Under the pieces are notes generated by a model. The model had not been told where the DNA came from. It did not search any database and saw nothing but the letters and a program-made list of their open reading frames with translations. The translations under genes and the position numbers were made by a program. Below, one piece after another: positions 50,147 through 62,202 of a stretch of DNA of 64,000 nucleotides. Within the stretch, counting starts at the first letter, position 1; the number at the start of each line of letters is the position of its first letter. This stretch comes from Eledone cirrhosa. Its lineage: Eukaryota. Location of the stretch: contig OZ024744.1 in NCBI GenBank assembly GCA_964016885.1, positions 125,922,001-125,986,000 on the forward strand, written 5' to 3'.

Positions 50147-52778
50147 AGTACATGTGCGGACACTCATTGGCTGTGCGTGGTATGCATTTCAGCAAGATAT
50201 CTCCGTAACATCAAGAGTTATGGCTGTGGAGGCACACCTAGTCAAACGTAAACAAGCTCTGGAGCGTATACGCTTCGCGATTTTGTTTACGTTTGACTAG
50301 GTGTGCCTCCACAGCCACAACTCTTGATGTTACGGAGATATCTTGCTGAAATGCATACCACGCACAGCCAATGAGTGTCCGCACATGTACTTCTAATTAC
50401 ACATCGATCCGTCAACATCCGGCCGGCCCACGATCGACGCACAGGGCCGGATGGCCCGTTTGCAGTGAATTTTCACCGGAATCGATCTGTAATTACTGGT
50501 ACATGTGCGGACACACATTTGCTGTGTGTGGTGTGATTTTCACGAAAAACTGCCCATGCTAAATGAGGAAGCTGAAGTCCGCCGGCGAATGGTGTGCTTC
50601 GAAGAAAACTAATTCGAAAATGACCGTTTGCAGGCGGAGTAACCTTTTCGATCGTGGGCCAGCCGCCCGTGGTGGGATACATCTGTAATTACTGGTACAT
50701 GTGCGGACACACATTTGCTGTGTGTGGTGTGATTTTCGAGAAAGACTGCCCATGCTAAATGAGGAAGCTGAAGTCCGCCGGCGAATGGTGTGCTTCGAAG
50801 AAAACTAATTCGAAAATGACTATTTGCCGGCGGAATCACCTTTTCGGTCCTGGTCCGGCCGGATCTTGCCGGATCGATCGGAAATTTGTGGACCATGTTC
50901 GGAAGGCCATTGTGCATGTGTGGTGAAAAAAATTTGTGTCGAAATCTTCTCGGAAAATAACGGATCGCCGGCGGAGATTGCCATTTCGATCGTGGGCCGG
51001 CCGGATCTTGTCGGATCGATTCGGACATATGTGCATCGTGTTCGCAAGGCCCTTGTCTATGTGTGGTGTGATTTTCATAAAGAAATTCCGAAAAACCCAG
51101 TTTTAAATCTGATTTCGCCAAAGAATTTTGGCTATCAGATCGGGTTGAAAGGTATGGTTTCAGGTCGATCTGAAAGTCTAAAATGGGATTCACTCGGTTA
51201 GCTAACTTTTGATATATCGGAGATATCTTTCTGAAAATCACACCACACACTCCCAATGAGTGTCTGCACATGTACCAGTAATTACAGATGGATCCCACCA
51301 CGGGCGGCCGGCCCACGATCGAAAAGGTTACTCCGAAGCACACCATTCGCCGGCGGAATTCATTTAGCATGGGCAGTTTTTCTCGAAAATCACACCACAC
51401 ACAGCCAATGAGTGTCCGCACATGTACCAGTAATTACAGATGGATCCCACCACGGGCGGCTGGCCCACGATCGAAAAGGTTACTCCGCCTGCAAACGGTC
51501 ATTTTCGAATTCGTTTTCTTCGAAGCACACGATTCGCCGGCGGACTTCAGCTGCCTCATTTAGCATGGGCAGTTTTTCTCGAAACTCACACCACACACAG
51601 CAAATGTGTGTCCGCACATGTACCAGTAATTACAGATCGATTCCGGTGAAAATTCACTGAAAACGGGCCATTCGGCCCTGTGCGTCGATCGTGGGCCGGC
51701 CGGATGTTGACGGATCGATGTGTAATTAGAAGTACATGTGCGGACACTCATTGGCTGTGCGTGGTATGCATTTCAGCAAGATATCTCCGTAACATCAAGA
51801 GTTATGGCTGTGGAGGCACACCTAGTCAAACGTAAACAAGCTCTGGAGCGTATACGCTTCGCGATTTTGTTTACGTTTGACTAGGTGTGCCTCCACAGCC
51901 ACAACTCTTGATGTTACGGAGATATCTTGCTGAAATGCATACCACGCACAGCCAATGAGTGTCCGCACATGTACTTCTAATTACACATCGATCCGTCAAC
52001 ATCCGGCCGGCCCACGATCGACGCACAGGGCCGGATGGCCCGTTTGCAGTGAATTTTCACCGGAATCGATCTGTAATTACTGGTACATGTGCGGACACAC
52101 ATTTGCTGTGTGTGGTGTGATTTTCACGAAAAACTGCCCATGCTAAATGAGGAAGCTGAAGTCCGCCGGCGAATGGTGTGCTTCGAAGAAAACTAATTCG
52201 AAAATGACCGTTTGCAGGCGGAGTAACCTTTTCGATCGTGGGCCAGCCGCCCGTGGTGGGATACATCTGTAATTACTGGTACATGTGCGGACACACATTT
52301 GCTGTGTGTGGTGTGATTTTCGAGAAAGACTGCCCATGCTAAATGAGGAAGCTGAAGTCCGCCGGCGAATGGTGTGCTTCGAAGAAAACTAATTCGAAAA
52401 TGACTATTTGCCGGCGGAATCACCTTTTCGGTCCTGGTCCGGCCGGATCTTGCCGGATCGATCGGAAATTTGTGGACCATGTTCGGAAGGCCATTGTGCA
52501 TGTGTGGTGAAAAAAATTTGTGTCGAAATCTTCTCGGAAAATAACGGATCGCCGGCGGAGATTGCCATTTCGATCGTGGGCCGGCCGGATCTTGTCGGAT
52601 CGATTCGGACATATGTGCATCGTGTTCGCAAGGCCCTTGTCTATGTGTGGTGTGATTTTCATAAAGAAATTCCGAAAAACCCAGTTTTAAATCTGATTTC
52701 GCCAAAGAATTTTGGCTATCAGATCGGGTTGAAAGGTATGGTTTCAGGTCGATCTGAAAGTCTAAAATGGAATTCACA

Positions 52779-53609
52779 CATTTTTAGTTATACTTTGAAG
52801 CACATTTTTTTTGTTACTATTATATTAAAAGTTATCTGGTTACGTTATTTGACTGGTATTTCTAGCATTTTACAAGGACCACGTGTGTGTTTTATTTAAG
52901 GAAGATCTAGTTGTTATTTCTGATATTTTCTTCATCAAGTTAGTTGCTATTTCCTGCATCCTCTTGAAGACAAGAAATAATAATGAATTAGCTGCTGTTT
53001 CTAGTAGGTTCTATGGTAGTGATGAGCGTGGGAGGGGGGTTTGACTGCTATTTTTAGCAGGTTCTAAGGCATTGAGGTTTATGTTTTACGAGAGATTTGG
53101 CTGTTATTTCTAACATGTTATAATGGAGAGAGAGAGAGAGTATAAGATATACAGAGAGAGGGAGTATAAGATATAGAGAGAGGGGAAACGGCCGATGTTT
53201 ACGTTGAGAAAACCTAATAAAATGTTATAAATGGGTTTATAAAGAATAGAATGAGATAAACAAGACAAAGTTAGATAAAATAAATCAGCTGTAAGGATAT
53301 TATACGATATATTTATAATATTTTAATATATTTTTCCTGGTCGTCTGCTGCCATTGATAGAGAGAGGAGTGGTGGGAGGTAGCCATAACAACCGTGGTAG
53401 CAGCACTGAGGTTTGTTTTTAAAGAAGTGAATACAAGAAAAACAAGCAACTAAGAATATTAATCTCTTAAACCCTTCAAGATGTGTATGACAAGAAAGAA
53501 GACGTTTTAGAGTCGTATGACATAGATGATAACTGGAAATTCTTACGTGACAACTTACTGCAGGCTACTGAAGAAACTTGTGGCTGGAGCAGAGCTCCGA
53601 CCAGACAGA
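52779..53609 (+). repeat. Right flank homologous to the distal part of the cassette (presumed donor)
   Basis: Matches 21622-22452 with type A SNPs; the LINE reading frame continues past the cassette breakpoint (..APTRQRVTWWWDNTVDKAIRDKRLAW). Confidence 0.92.
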
Positions 53610-54077
53610 GAGTGACCTGGTGGTGGGACAACACGGTAGATAAGGCCATTAGAGACAAAAGACTAGCATGGAACACTTGAAAAAATGGTGGGAGTAGAGA
53701 CCGATACACAGCTGCTAAGAGAGAAGCTAGACGTCAGATGTACTTAGCACGCACGGAGGCTGAGAGTAGGAGGTTTGCCAATGTTCTGTGATGGGAAGAT
53801 CAGAGGCGTGCGGTGTTCCACATTGCAAGGCATGGTGTCAGTGTAAATCAGGATGTTGTTGGAGATAAGTGTATCCGGAATGATGCCAGTGTACTTGGTG
53901 TCACGAATGATCAAAAAAAGGAGGCCTGGAAATATCATTATGAGAGGCTGATGAATTGTGGAGAATGAATGGGAGAGAGGGAAACTATCCCCAGTAGACC
54001 CAACAGAGGGACCAGCTATTGAGATTGGGAAATATAGGGTACAAGAGGCAATTAAGGAAATGAAGAATGGCAAGGCT
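53470..54077 (+). mobile_element. Decayed RTE-type LINE (endonuclease-RT linker region)
   Basis: NWKFLRDNLLQATEETCGWS..TWWWDNTVDKAIRDKRLAW, AWKYHYERLMN, ENEW..EGPAIEI..VQEAIKEMKNGKA. Confidence 0.85.
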
Positions 54078-54085
54078 ACATTTAA

Positions 54086-54306
54086 CCCTTTAGCATTTAA
54101 ACCAGCCATACCTAGCCAGAATACTCTCACATCTTTCTGTTCAAACCAGCCATAACTGGCCACTCATACTGACGTTAAGGTATTGTTCTCAATATAAATA
54201 ATATCAAAATCTCATAGATTCGATATTATATGAGATAATTATGTAAGATAAAGCCTTTACCACAAAAATACAATAGTATATATAGAGTAATAAAAATGCT
54301 AAAGGG
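54086..54306. mobile_element. piggyBac-like MITE (221 bp)
   Basis: TTAA|CCCTTTAGCATTT...AAATGCTAAAGGG|TAAA: 13-bp TIR, CCC/GGG termini, TTAA target site (degenerate on the right). Confidence 0.8.
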
Positions 54307-54309
54307 TAA

Positions 54310-56250
54310 AAGTAGCTTATTATTTTGTGAGCTCTTGCTACTTATTGCTCTTGTGCATCAAGAACATACACAGCTTACATTTTGTTGCTAATCTCACTGA
54401 GATCCAACTACATCTCTTGTTTATCCATAGTTTGGAATTTCTACCTACTCCTTTCCTTTAGAATGATCAAGGCCATTTTCTTGTGGGGATCTAGGCCCTG
54501 TTTTCCTTTCTATTTTGCCAAGTTATCTTACATCACTTTCATTCTAGACCATGCTTCCAGGTTTGGAATTTCTCCTCTAATTTTACCACAGATTAAGTGA
54601 CAAGGGTTCAATCATGTGCATACAGGAGTTCCCATGGACAGCCAGTAATATGTAATAGCCTGCAGGATGATAATAAACAGAAGAGGGTTAATTACAGAGC
54701 CTTGATAGAGGGTTAATAACAGAGCCCTGATAGACTTGTTCACTCAACTCCTCACTATAGCCATCATTACTTTTAACCTTACTGACTGCTCCTCCATACA
54801 TGGCTTTTACTGCTCTCACAAGCCACTCATATACCCCTAGTTTTCTAAGTTATACACCAGATTAGGGAAGGGGGAAGTCTCACAGAAGCTCTCTCTGGGT
54901 CAACAAATGCCAAGTAGAGGGGCTTATTTTAGCTAGGTACTACTCTTGCAGTTGCCACACAAGGAAGAGGACATCAGTGGTACTTTTACCTGGCACAAAT
55001 CCAAACTTCATCTCATCTAGGTTAACTTGGTCCCTAATCAGCTGTGTTATAAATCTAACACCTTCATGAAGTGGTCCATCTAATATCTCTATAGTTTTCT
55101 AGCTCTAGTACATCTCCTTTGCCCTTGTAGCAGTTGATGATGATGATACTACACCATTTATTTGGTATGACACCATTTTGTATTACATGCTGTACGATAC
55201 CAGTGGTTAAGATGTGACCCACCATCCCAGATACTTTCAGTATCTCAGCAACTATCACCAATGGACAAGATACTTTCTCTGTCTTCATATCCTTAATTAC
55301 CTTACTTCATATCCTTAATTACCTTACTGCTTACTTGTATGGCTGGACCCTCTGTTGGGCCCACTTTCCGTAGACTATCTTCCTCCCATGCATTCTCCTC
55401 ATTCAGTAATCTTTCATAAAGGCATTTCCATGTTACAAAGGTTGGCTGAAAAGTTCATAGACTATCAATGATAGCATGATGCTAGAGCTGTGAAATCTTG
55501 CCTGCATTAATTTCAACTCTTCTTATTAATAACTGCATTGTTTCCTTCCAGGGACTATGTTGAAAAATAAACCTCATTTGGTCATTCCATGAGTGTATCT
55601 TGGTCTGCCTATGAACTTTTCAGCTGACCCTATTCAGCATCAGTGAGCCCAAATGCCCCATTATCATCCTGGACACACTTTACCCCAACATCACAATTTG
55701 CCCTCACACACTGCCTCACAATCCTGAACATCTCATGTATTTCATCCTCACATCATAAAACCAACTGAAATTATATATTCTCTGCTTCCCTCCTTGCAAA
55801 GAATACTTCTTGCCTAGCTTCCTGTAGTGTACCCTCCAGCTGCCTCCATTCTGCCATTATTCCATGCCTGTCTCTTGGCCTTAACTGTCTCATCTACCCT
55901 AGTGTTTCACCACCAAGATACTCTCCTCTCTGAAGCCCTGCTCCAGCCACAGATCTAGTTTGACACCTTCAGCAAAGGTTCTTTAAGGAACTCCCACTGT
56001 TCCCCTATATTGTATGTTTCTATTTGTTCTTCCTTACTGTTGTAAAGATCAAACAAAATATCTCTAAATTTGGAACTGGCTGAGGGGTCCTTTAACTTCC
56101 ATATCCTTCTCCTCCAAGTTGCCCTCAGTCTTCAAGTTCATCTAAGTCTATGAAATCACTAACTACTGGGTTATGTTGGGAGGTGCATTCTTCCCCAGGG
56201 GGTGGGGATTGTGTGTTTACAAATGTCAATATCTCATCTTCTGGTGAGGA
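54310..56250 (-). mobile_element. Decayed RTE-type LINE (linker and RT), minus strand
   Basis: IVAEILKVSG..GVIPNKWCSIIIINCYKGKGDVLELENYRDI (ORF 55064..55288); PPPGEECTSQHNPVVSDF endonuclease end; RKWP..RKGVGRNS near 54430-54485. Confidence 0.85.
55436..55634. mobile_element. Tc1/mariner-like MITE inserted in the RTE
   Basis: TA|CAAAGGTTGGCTGAAAAGTTCATAG ... CTATGAACTTTTCAGCTGACCCT imperfect ~23-bp TIRs. Confidence 0.75.
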
Positions 56251-56345
56251 TAAAAATCTGACTGGCATGCTCCTCTGACCAATAGGTGTTGAAGTGGTTG
56301 TCGGGTAAACGTTAAGACCCTCTGATATACATATATATATATATA

Positions 56346-56600
56346 CTAGCAGTGGTACCCGGCGTTGCACGGGATAACGTATTTCGGAACGCGGGCCGCC
56401 ATCTTCCACTTCAGCCGGTCGCCCTAAAGTGTTGGCTATTCAGTCTACTTGAGGCCAGTTGGTGAGGGGGGGTAAAGCTTTCAGTGTGCTACTACCCTCA
56501 CGGTCAAATAGAAAGGGAGAGGAAGAAAAGTCAGCGTTAATATCGTGCTACACGTTTGAAAGGTTGGATGACCTTAGAGTTCACCAGGGTGGGGGGTTCT
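56346..56600 (-). mobile_element. Non-autonomous Helitron 3' end (upstream extent uncertain)
   Basis: Minus strand: GC hairpin CCCGTGCAACGCCGGG, 8 nt, then CTAG|T next to a (TA)n tract. Confidence 0.65.
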
Positions 56601-56689
56601 AAAAGTATCTATCTTGGTATTTTATCTTAGAAGTAATCATTACAGAGTGTACTGGGTGTATTTTAGTGGGCAGTAATTCCATAAAGAAC

Positions 56690-57425
56690 ACAGTATAATC
56701 TGTGGACACAAGCCTTGCAGTGTGATTACAGGCAGGTTAATGGGAAAGATAGATTATATATGTGACATGATGTACATGAGAAGTGAGGACACAGACCACA
56801 CATGAAATAGATTCCTACAACTGTCAGGGAGGCTCCCTAGAATTACAGATGACATATTTCAATATCTCGGTGATCAAGTTAGCAGTGGAGGAAGAATCTC
56901 TAAAAGTGTAATACCCAGGATAAGGACAGGCTGGAAGAAGTTTAGAGTACTGTTCCATCTGTTGACAACAAAGGGCTTCTCTCTCAGAATGGAGGCTAGA
57001 CTGCTTGATACTTATGTGTGGTCTGCAATCTACACCCCAGCCATGCCCCTTCCACTACCACTCCTTAGCTATTTCTCTCCATTAATACTCCTCACATTTC
57101 AAGCAGTTTTCTCATCTCAATGAAAGAAAAATATTGGGCTCAAGAGAAGTCTTCAGTTATGCCATGGTGTGGCAACCTCCCTAGGGTTGGGCAGAGTGTA
57201 AATGAGAGTGAAATTAGGTATGAGAGGGATCAGATGCAGTATACAAGAGAGTAGATTACATTGGTATGGTCATGTGATGGGTATAAAGGATGACAGCTGT
57301 ATAAAAATGTGCTGGGCAATCAAAGTTGATGGAAGTTATGAAGGCGGAAGACCTAGGATGAGGTGATAAAAGATGACTTTGCACAATTGCAACTCTCAAA
57401 GACAATGACACAGGATAGAGATCTT
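56690..57425 (+). mobile_element. Decayed RTE LINE 3' region
   Basis: FQYLGDQVSSGG..RIRTGWKKFRVL; RLHWYGHVM..GGRPRM. Confidence 0.8.
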
Positions 57426-58153
57426 ATTTATGTTTATTTACGTTTAGCGTAATCGATTTGTTTTCGATTTGTTTCCATATCACCACGCGTTTTATTTCAT
57501 AGTCATAGTTATCAAGTTAGAAAACAAATGAAGTTCAGGGGGCCGACACTACCGACTTTCTTAAAGAAAAACAATTTAACGCGGGTAACTACAAGATAAC
57601 CTTGATTTGTAATACTGGCAGACATTGAAATATTTAAAATTCTCTATAATTTCCTTTTTATCAGGTCCCAAGCAGTAACACTTCGAATATTTCAATAAAT
57701 ATTAACCAGTTACTCCCGTTTTCGTTCTTTCTTTAATGTGCACTCTTTCTTTCTTTAATGTGCATTCTTTCTTTCCTCTACACTGCATCTGACCTCTCTT
57801 ATACCTAGTTTCTCTCTCAGTTTATTAATGCTTGTTGTTCATGCACACTATTACACATCTATCAGATCCTGTAAACTTCATTTCTTTCCAGTCTTTATAG
57901 GTCCTCTGAATATATTGCCCTGGTCTCACTTCAATGTAACATTGCTGTTTGTACACAGACTTCATACAATCTGCCTTTCACTTTCAGGGGAAATCATTTT
58001 GTAGGCATCAGTAGTAGTAGCTCCCTAAACTGTTTCCATCCCATTCTCACTCAGGCTACTGTACCTTCAGAACACCCACCTCCACTGTTAATTTGGTTAA
58101 TTAAGTTAACAGAAATTATGAACCGGTTTCTACAGAGCCTTCTGGACATTTAA

Positions 58154-58374
58154 CCCTTTAGCATTTAAACCAGCCATACCTAGCCAGAATACTCTCACAT
58201 CTTTCTGTTCAAACCAGCCATAACTGGCCACTCATACTGACGTTAAGGTATTGTTCTCAATATAAATAATATCAAAATCTCATAGATTCGATATTATATG
58301 AGATAATTATGTAAGATAAAGCCTTTACCACAAAAATACAATAGTATATATAGAGTAATAAAAATGCTAAAGGG
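58154..58374. mobile_element. piggyBac-like MITE (duplicate)
   Basis: As 54086-54306. Confidence 0.8.
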
Positions 58375-59503
58375 TAAAAGTAGCTTATTATTTTGTGAGC
58401 TCTTGCTACTTATTGCTCTTGTGCATCAAGAACATACACAGCTTACATTTTGTTGCTAATCTCACTGAGATCCAACTACATCTCTTGTTTATCCATAGTT
58501 TGGAATTTCTACCTACTCCTTTCCTTTAGAATGATCAAGGCCATTTTCTTGTGGGGATCTAGGCCCTGTTTTCCTTTCTATTTTGCCAAGTTATCTTACA
58601 TCACTTTCATTCTAGACCATGCTTCCAGGTTTGGAATTTCTCCTCTAATTTTACCACAGATTAAGTGACAAGGGTTCAATCATGTGCATACAGGAGTTCC
58701 CATGGACAGCCAGTAATATGTAATAGCCTGCAGGATGATAATAAACAGAAGAGGGTTAATTACAGAGCCCTGATAGAGGGTTAATAACAGAGCCCTGATA
58801 GACTTGTTCACTCAACTCCTCACTATAGCCATCATTACTTTTAACCTTACTGACTGCTCCTCCATACATGGCTTTTACTGCTCTCACAAGCCACTCATAT
58901 ACCCCTAGTTTTCTAAGTTATACACCAGATTAGGGAAGGGGGAAGTCTCACAGAAGCTCTCTCTGGGTCAACAAATGCCAAGTAGAGGGGCTTATTTTAG
59001 CTAGGTACTACTCTTGCAGTTGCCACACAAGGAAGAGGACATCAGTGGTACTTTTACCTGGCACAAATCCAAACTTCATCTCATCTAGGTTAACTTGGTC
59101 CCTAATCAGCTGTGTTATAAATCTAACACCTTCATGAAGTGGTCCATCTAATATCTCTATAGTTTTCTAGCTCTAGTACATCTCCTTTGCCCTTGTAGCA
59201 GTTGATGATGATGATACTACACCATTTATTTGGTATGACACCATTTTGTATTACATGCTGTACGATACCAGTGGTTAAGATGTGACCCACCATCCCAGAT
59301 ACTTTCAGTATCTCAGCAACTATCACCAATGGACAAGATACTTTCTCTGTCTTCATATCCTTAATTACCTTACTTCATATCCTTAATTACCTTACTGCTT
59401 ACTTGTATGGCTGGACCCTCTGTTGGGCCCACTTTCCGTAGACTATCTTCCTCCCATGCATTCTCCTCATTCAGTAATCTTTCATAAAGGCATTTCCATG
59501 TTA

Positions 59504-59702
59504 CAAAGGTTGGCTGAAAAGTTCATAGACTATCAATGATAGCATGATGCTAGAGCTGTGAAATCTTGCCTGCATTAATTTCAACTCTTCTTATTAATAA
59601 CTGCATTGTTTCCTTCCAGGGACTATGTTGAAAAATAAACCTCATTTGGTCATTCCATGAGTGTATCTTGGTCTGCCTATGAACTTTTCAGCTGACCCTA
59701 TT
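59504..59702. mobile_element. Tc1/mariner-like MITE (duplicate)
   Basis: As 55436-55634. Confidence 0.75.
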
Positions 59703-60413
59703 CAGCATCAGTGAGCCCAAATGCCCCATTATCATCCTGGACACACTTTACCCCAACATCACAATTTGCCCTCACACACTGCCTCACAATCCTGAACATC
59801 TCATGTATTTCATCCTCACATCATAAAACCAACTGAAATTATATATTCTCTGCTTCCCTCCTTGCAAAGAATACTTCTTGCCTAGCTTCCTGTAGTGTAC
59901 CCTCCAGCTGCCTCCATTCTGCCATTATTCCATGCCTGTCTCTTGGCCTTAACTGTCTCATCTACCCTAGTGTTTCACCACCAAGATACTCTCCTCTCTG
60001 AAGCCCTGCTCCAGCCACAGATCTAGTTTGACACCTTCAGCAAAGGTTATTTAAGGAACTCCCACTGTTCCCCTATATTGTATGTTTCTATTTGTTCTTC
60101 CTTACTGTTGTAAAGATCAAACAAAATATCTCTAAATTTGGAACTGGCTGAGGGGTCCTTTAACTTCCATATCCTTCTCCTCCAAGTTGCCCTCAGTCTT
60201 CAAGTTCATCTAAGTCTATGAAATCACTAACTACTGGGTTATGTTGGGAGGTGCATTCTTCCCCAGGGGGTGGGGATTGTGTGTTTACAAATGTCAATAT
60301 CTCATCTTCTGGTGAGGATAAAAATCTGACTGGCATGCTCCTCTGACCAATAGGTGTTGAAGTGGTTGTCGGGTAAACGTTAAGACCCTCTGATATACAT
60401 ATATATATATATA

Positions 60414-60668
60414 CTAGCAGTGCTACCCGGCGTTGCACGGGATAACGTATTTCGGAACGCGGGCCGCCATCTTCCACTTCAGCCGGTCGCCCTAAAGTGT
60501 TGGCTATTCAGTCTACTTGAGGCCAGTTGGTGAGGGGGGGTAAAGCTTTCAGTGTGCTACTACCCTCACGGTCAAATAGAAAGGGAGAGGAAGAAAAGTC
60601 AGCGTTAATATCGTGCTACACGTTTGAAAGGTTGGATGACCTTAGAGTTCACCAGGGTGGGGGGTTCT
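60414..60668 (-). mobile_element. Helitron 3' end (duplicate)
   Basis: As 56346-56600. Confidence 0.65.
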
Positions 60669-60757
60669 AAAAGTATCTATCTTGGTATTTTATCTTAGAA
60701 GTAATCATTACAGAGTGTACTGGGTGTATTTTAGTGGGCAGTAATTCCATAAAGAAC

Positions 60758-61550
60758 ACAGTATAATCTGTGGACACAAGCCTTGCAGTGTGATTACAGG
60801 CAGGTTAATGGGAAAGATAGATTATATATGTGACATGATGTACATGAGAAGTGAGGACACAGACCACACATGAAATAGATTCCTACAACTGTCAGGGAGG
60901 CTCCCTAGAATTACAGATGACATATTTCAATATCTCGGTGATCAAGTTAGCAGTGGAGGAAGAATCTCTAAAAGTGTAATACCCAGGATAAGGACAGGCT
61001 GGAAGAAGTTTAGAGTACTGTTCCATCTGTTGACAACAAAGGGCTTCTCTCTCAGAATGGAGGCTAGACTGCTTGATACTTATGTGTGGTCTGCAATCTA
61101 CACCCCAGCCATGCCCCTTCCACTACCACTCCTTAGCTATTTCTCTCCATTAATACTCCTCACATTTCAAGCAGTTTTCTCATCTCAATGAAAGAAAAAT
61201 ATTGGGCTCAAGAGAAGTCTTCAGTTATGCCATGGTGTGGCAACCTCCCTAGGGTTGGGCAGAGTGTAAATGAGAGTGAAATTAGGTATGAGAGGGATCA
61301 TATGCAGTATACAAGAGAGTAGATTACATTGGTATGGTCATGTGATGGGTATAAAGGATGACAGCTGTATAAAAATGTGCTGGGCAATCAAAGTTGATGG
61401 AAGTTATGAAGGCGGAAGACCCAGGATGACCTGGGATGAGGTGATAAAAGATGACTTTGCACAATTGCAACTCTCAAAGACAATGACACAGGATAGAGAT
61501 CTTGAGATGTATGCAGCAATACAGAAGGCCTGCTTTCCAATGTGCACGGA
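60758..61550 (+). mobile_element. Decayed RTE LINE 3' region
   Basis: ORF 61270..61581 SRLHWYGHVMGIKDDSCIKMCWAIKVDGSYEGGRPRMTWDEVIKDD..QDR is a typical RTE C-terminus. Confidence 0.85.
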
Positions 61551-61619
61551 CTCAAACATACATCTAGTAGGCCCCTCCTAACCACTATACTCCTTTCCAA
61601 ACTCCCACACTCCCACTTC

Positions 61620-62202
61620 TGTACACACCACCTTTAGACTGTAAAGTGGTAGTGTACAAGTCACAACAAAAGCACCCAGTCCACTCTGTAAAGTTGATGT
61701 GTTGGTGTCATAACAAAAGGCACTCAGTCCACTCTGTAAAGAGGTTGTGTAAGTGTCACAACAAAGACATCTAGTCCACACTGTAAAGTGGTCATGTAGG
61801 TGTCACAACAAAAAGTACCAGTCATTATTGTAAAGTGGTTGTATAGGTGTCATAACAAAAAGCACCCAGTCGACACTGTAAAGTGGTTGTGTAGGTGTCA
61901 GAACCAAAAGCACCCAGTCCACCCTGTAAAGTGGTTGTGTAGGTGTCATGATAAAAAGCACCCAGTCCACACAGTAAAGTGGTCATGTAGGTGTCACTAA
62001 AAAAGCACCCAGTCTACTCTGTAAAGTGGTCATGTAGGTGTCATGACAAATAGCACCCAGTCCACCCTGTAAAGTGTTCATGTAGGTGTCATGATGGAGA
62101 GTAACCAGTCCACAATGTAAAGTAGCCATGTAGCTGTCACAACAAAGCACCCAGTCCACACTGTAAAGTGGTCATGTAGGTGTCATTTCAAAAAGCACCC
62201 AG
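61620..62202. repeat. Minisatellite, ~47-48-bp unit, ~12 copies
   Basis: AAAAGCACCCAGTCCACACTGTAAAGTGGT(T/C)(G/A)TGTAGGTGTCA in tandem. Confidence 0.9.

Larger units (their letters stand above)
15633..52777. repeat. Macrosatellite: head-to-tail array of a 1584-bp foldback (long inverted repeat) unit with 196-bp subrepeats; 16 palindrome axes
   Basis: Axis GCGTA|TACGC (variants at the 1st and 12th axes) after 15869, 17453, 19037, 22574, 26154, 27738, 29322, 32902, 34486, 36070, 39795, 43375, 44959, 46543, 50268 and 51852; mirrored ORFs on both strands (e.g. 27446..27637- and 27841..28032+). Confidence 0.95.
54078..57425 (+). repeat. Segmental duplication, copy 1 (~3.35 kb) of 58146-61503
   Basis: ORFs repeat at +4068 (54382/58450, 55064/59132, 56125/60193); shared from ACATTTAACCC to GATAGAGATCTT. 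Confidence 0.95.
57770..60320 (-). mobile_element. Decayed RTE LINE, minus strand (longer copy, interrupted by two MITEs)
   Basis: Duplicate of 54310-56250 plus what appears to be further 3' RTE sequence at 57770-58150. Confidence 0.75.
58146..61503 (+). repeat. Segmental duplication, copy 2
   Basis: Near-identical to 54078-57425; retains 10 bp in the GATGACCTGGGATGAGG segment that copy 1 lacks. Confidence 0.95.

Noticed and set aside
15972-52899. Recurrent 60-270-aa ORFs in the 1584-bp unit as a transposase or viral gene
   Set aside because: ORFs overlap in several frames on both strands, mirror the palindromes, and show no DDE, HUH, RT or recombinase motifs.
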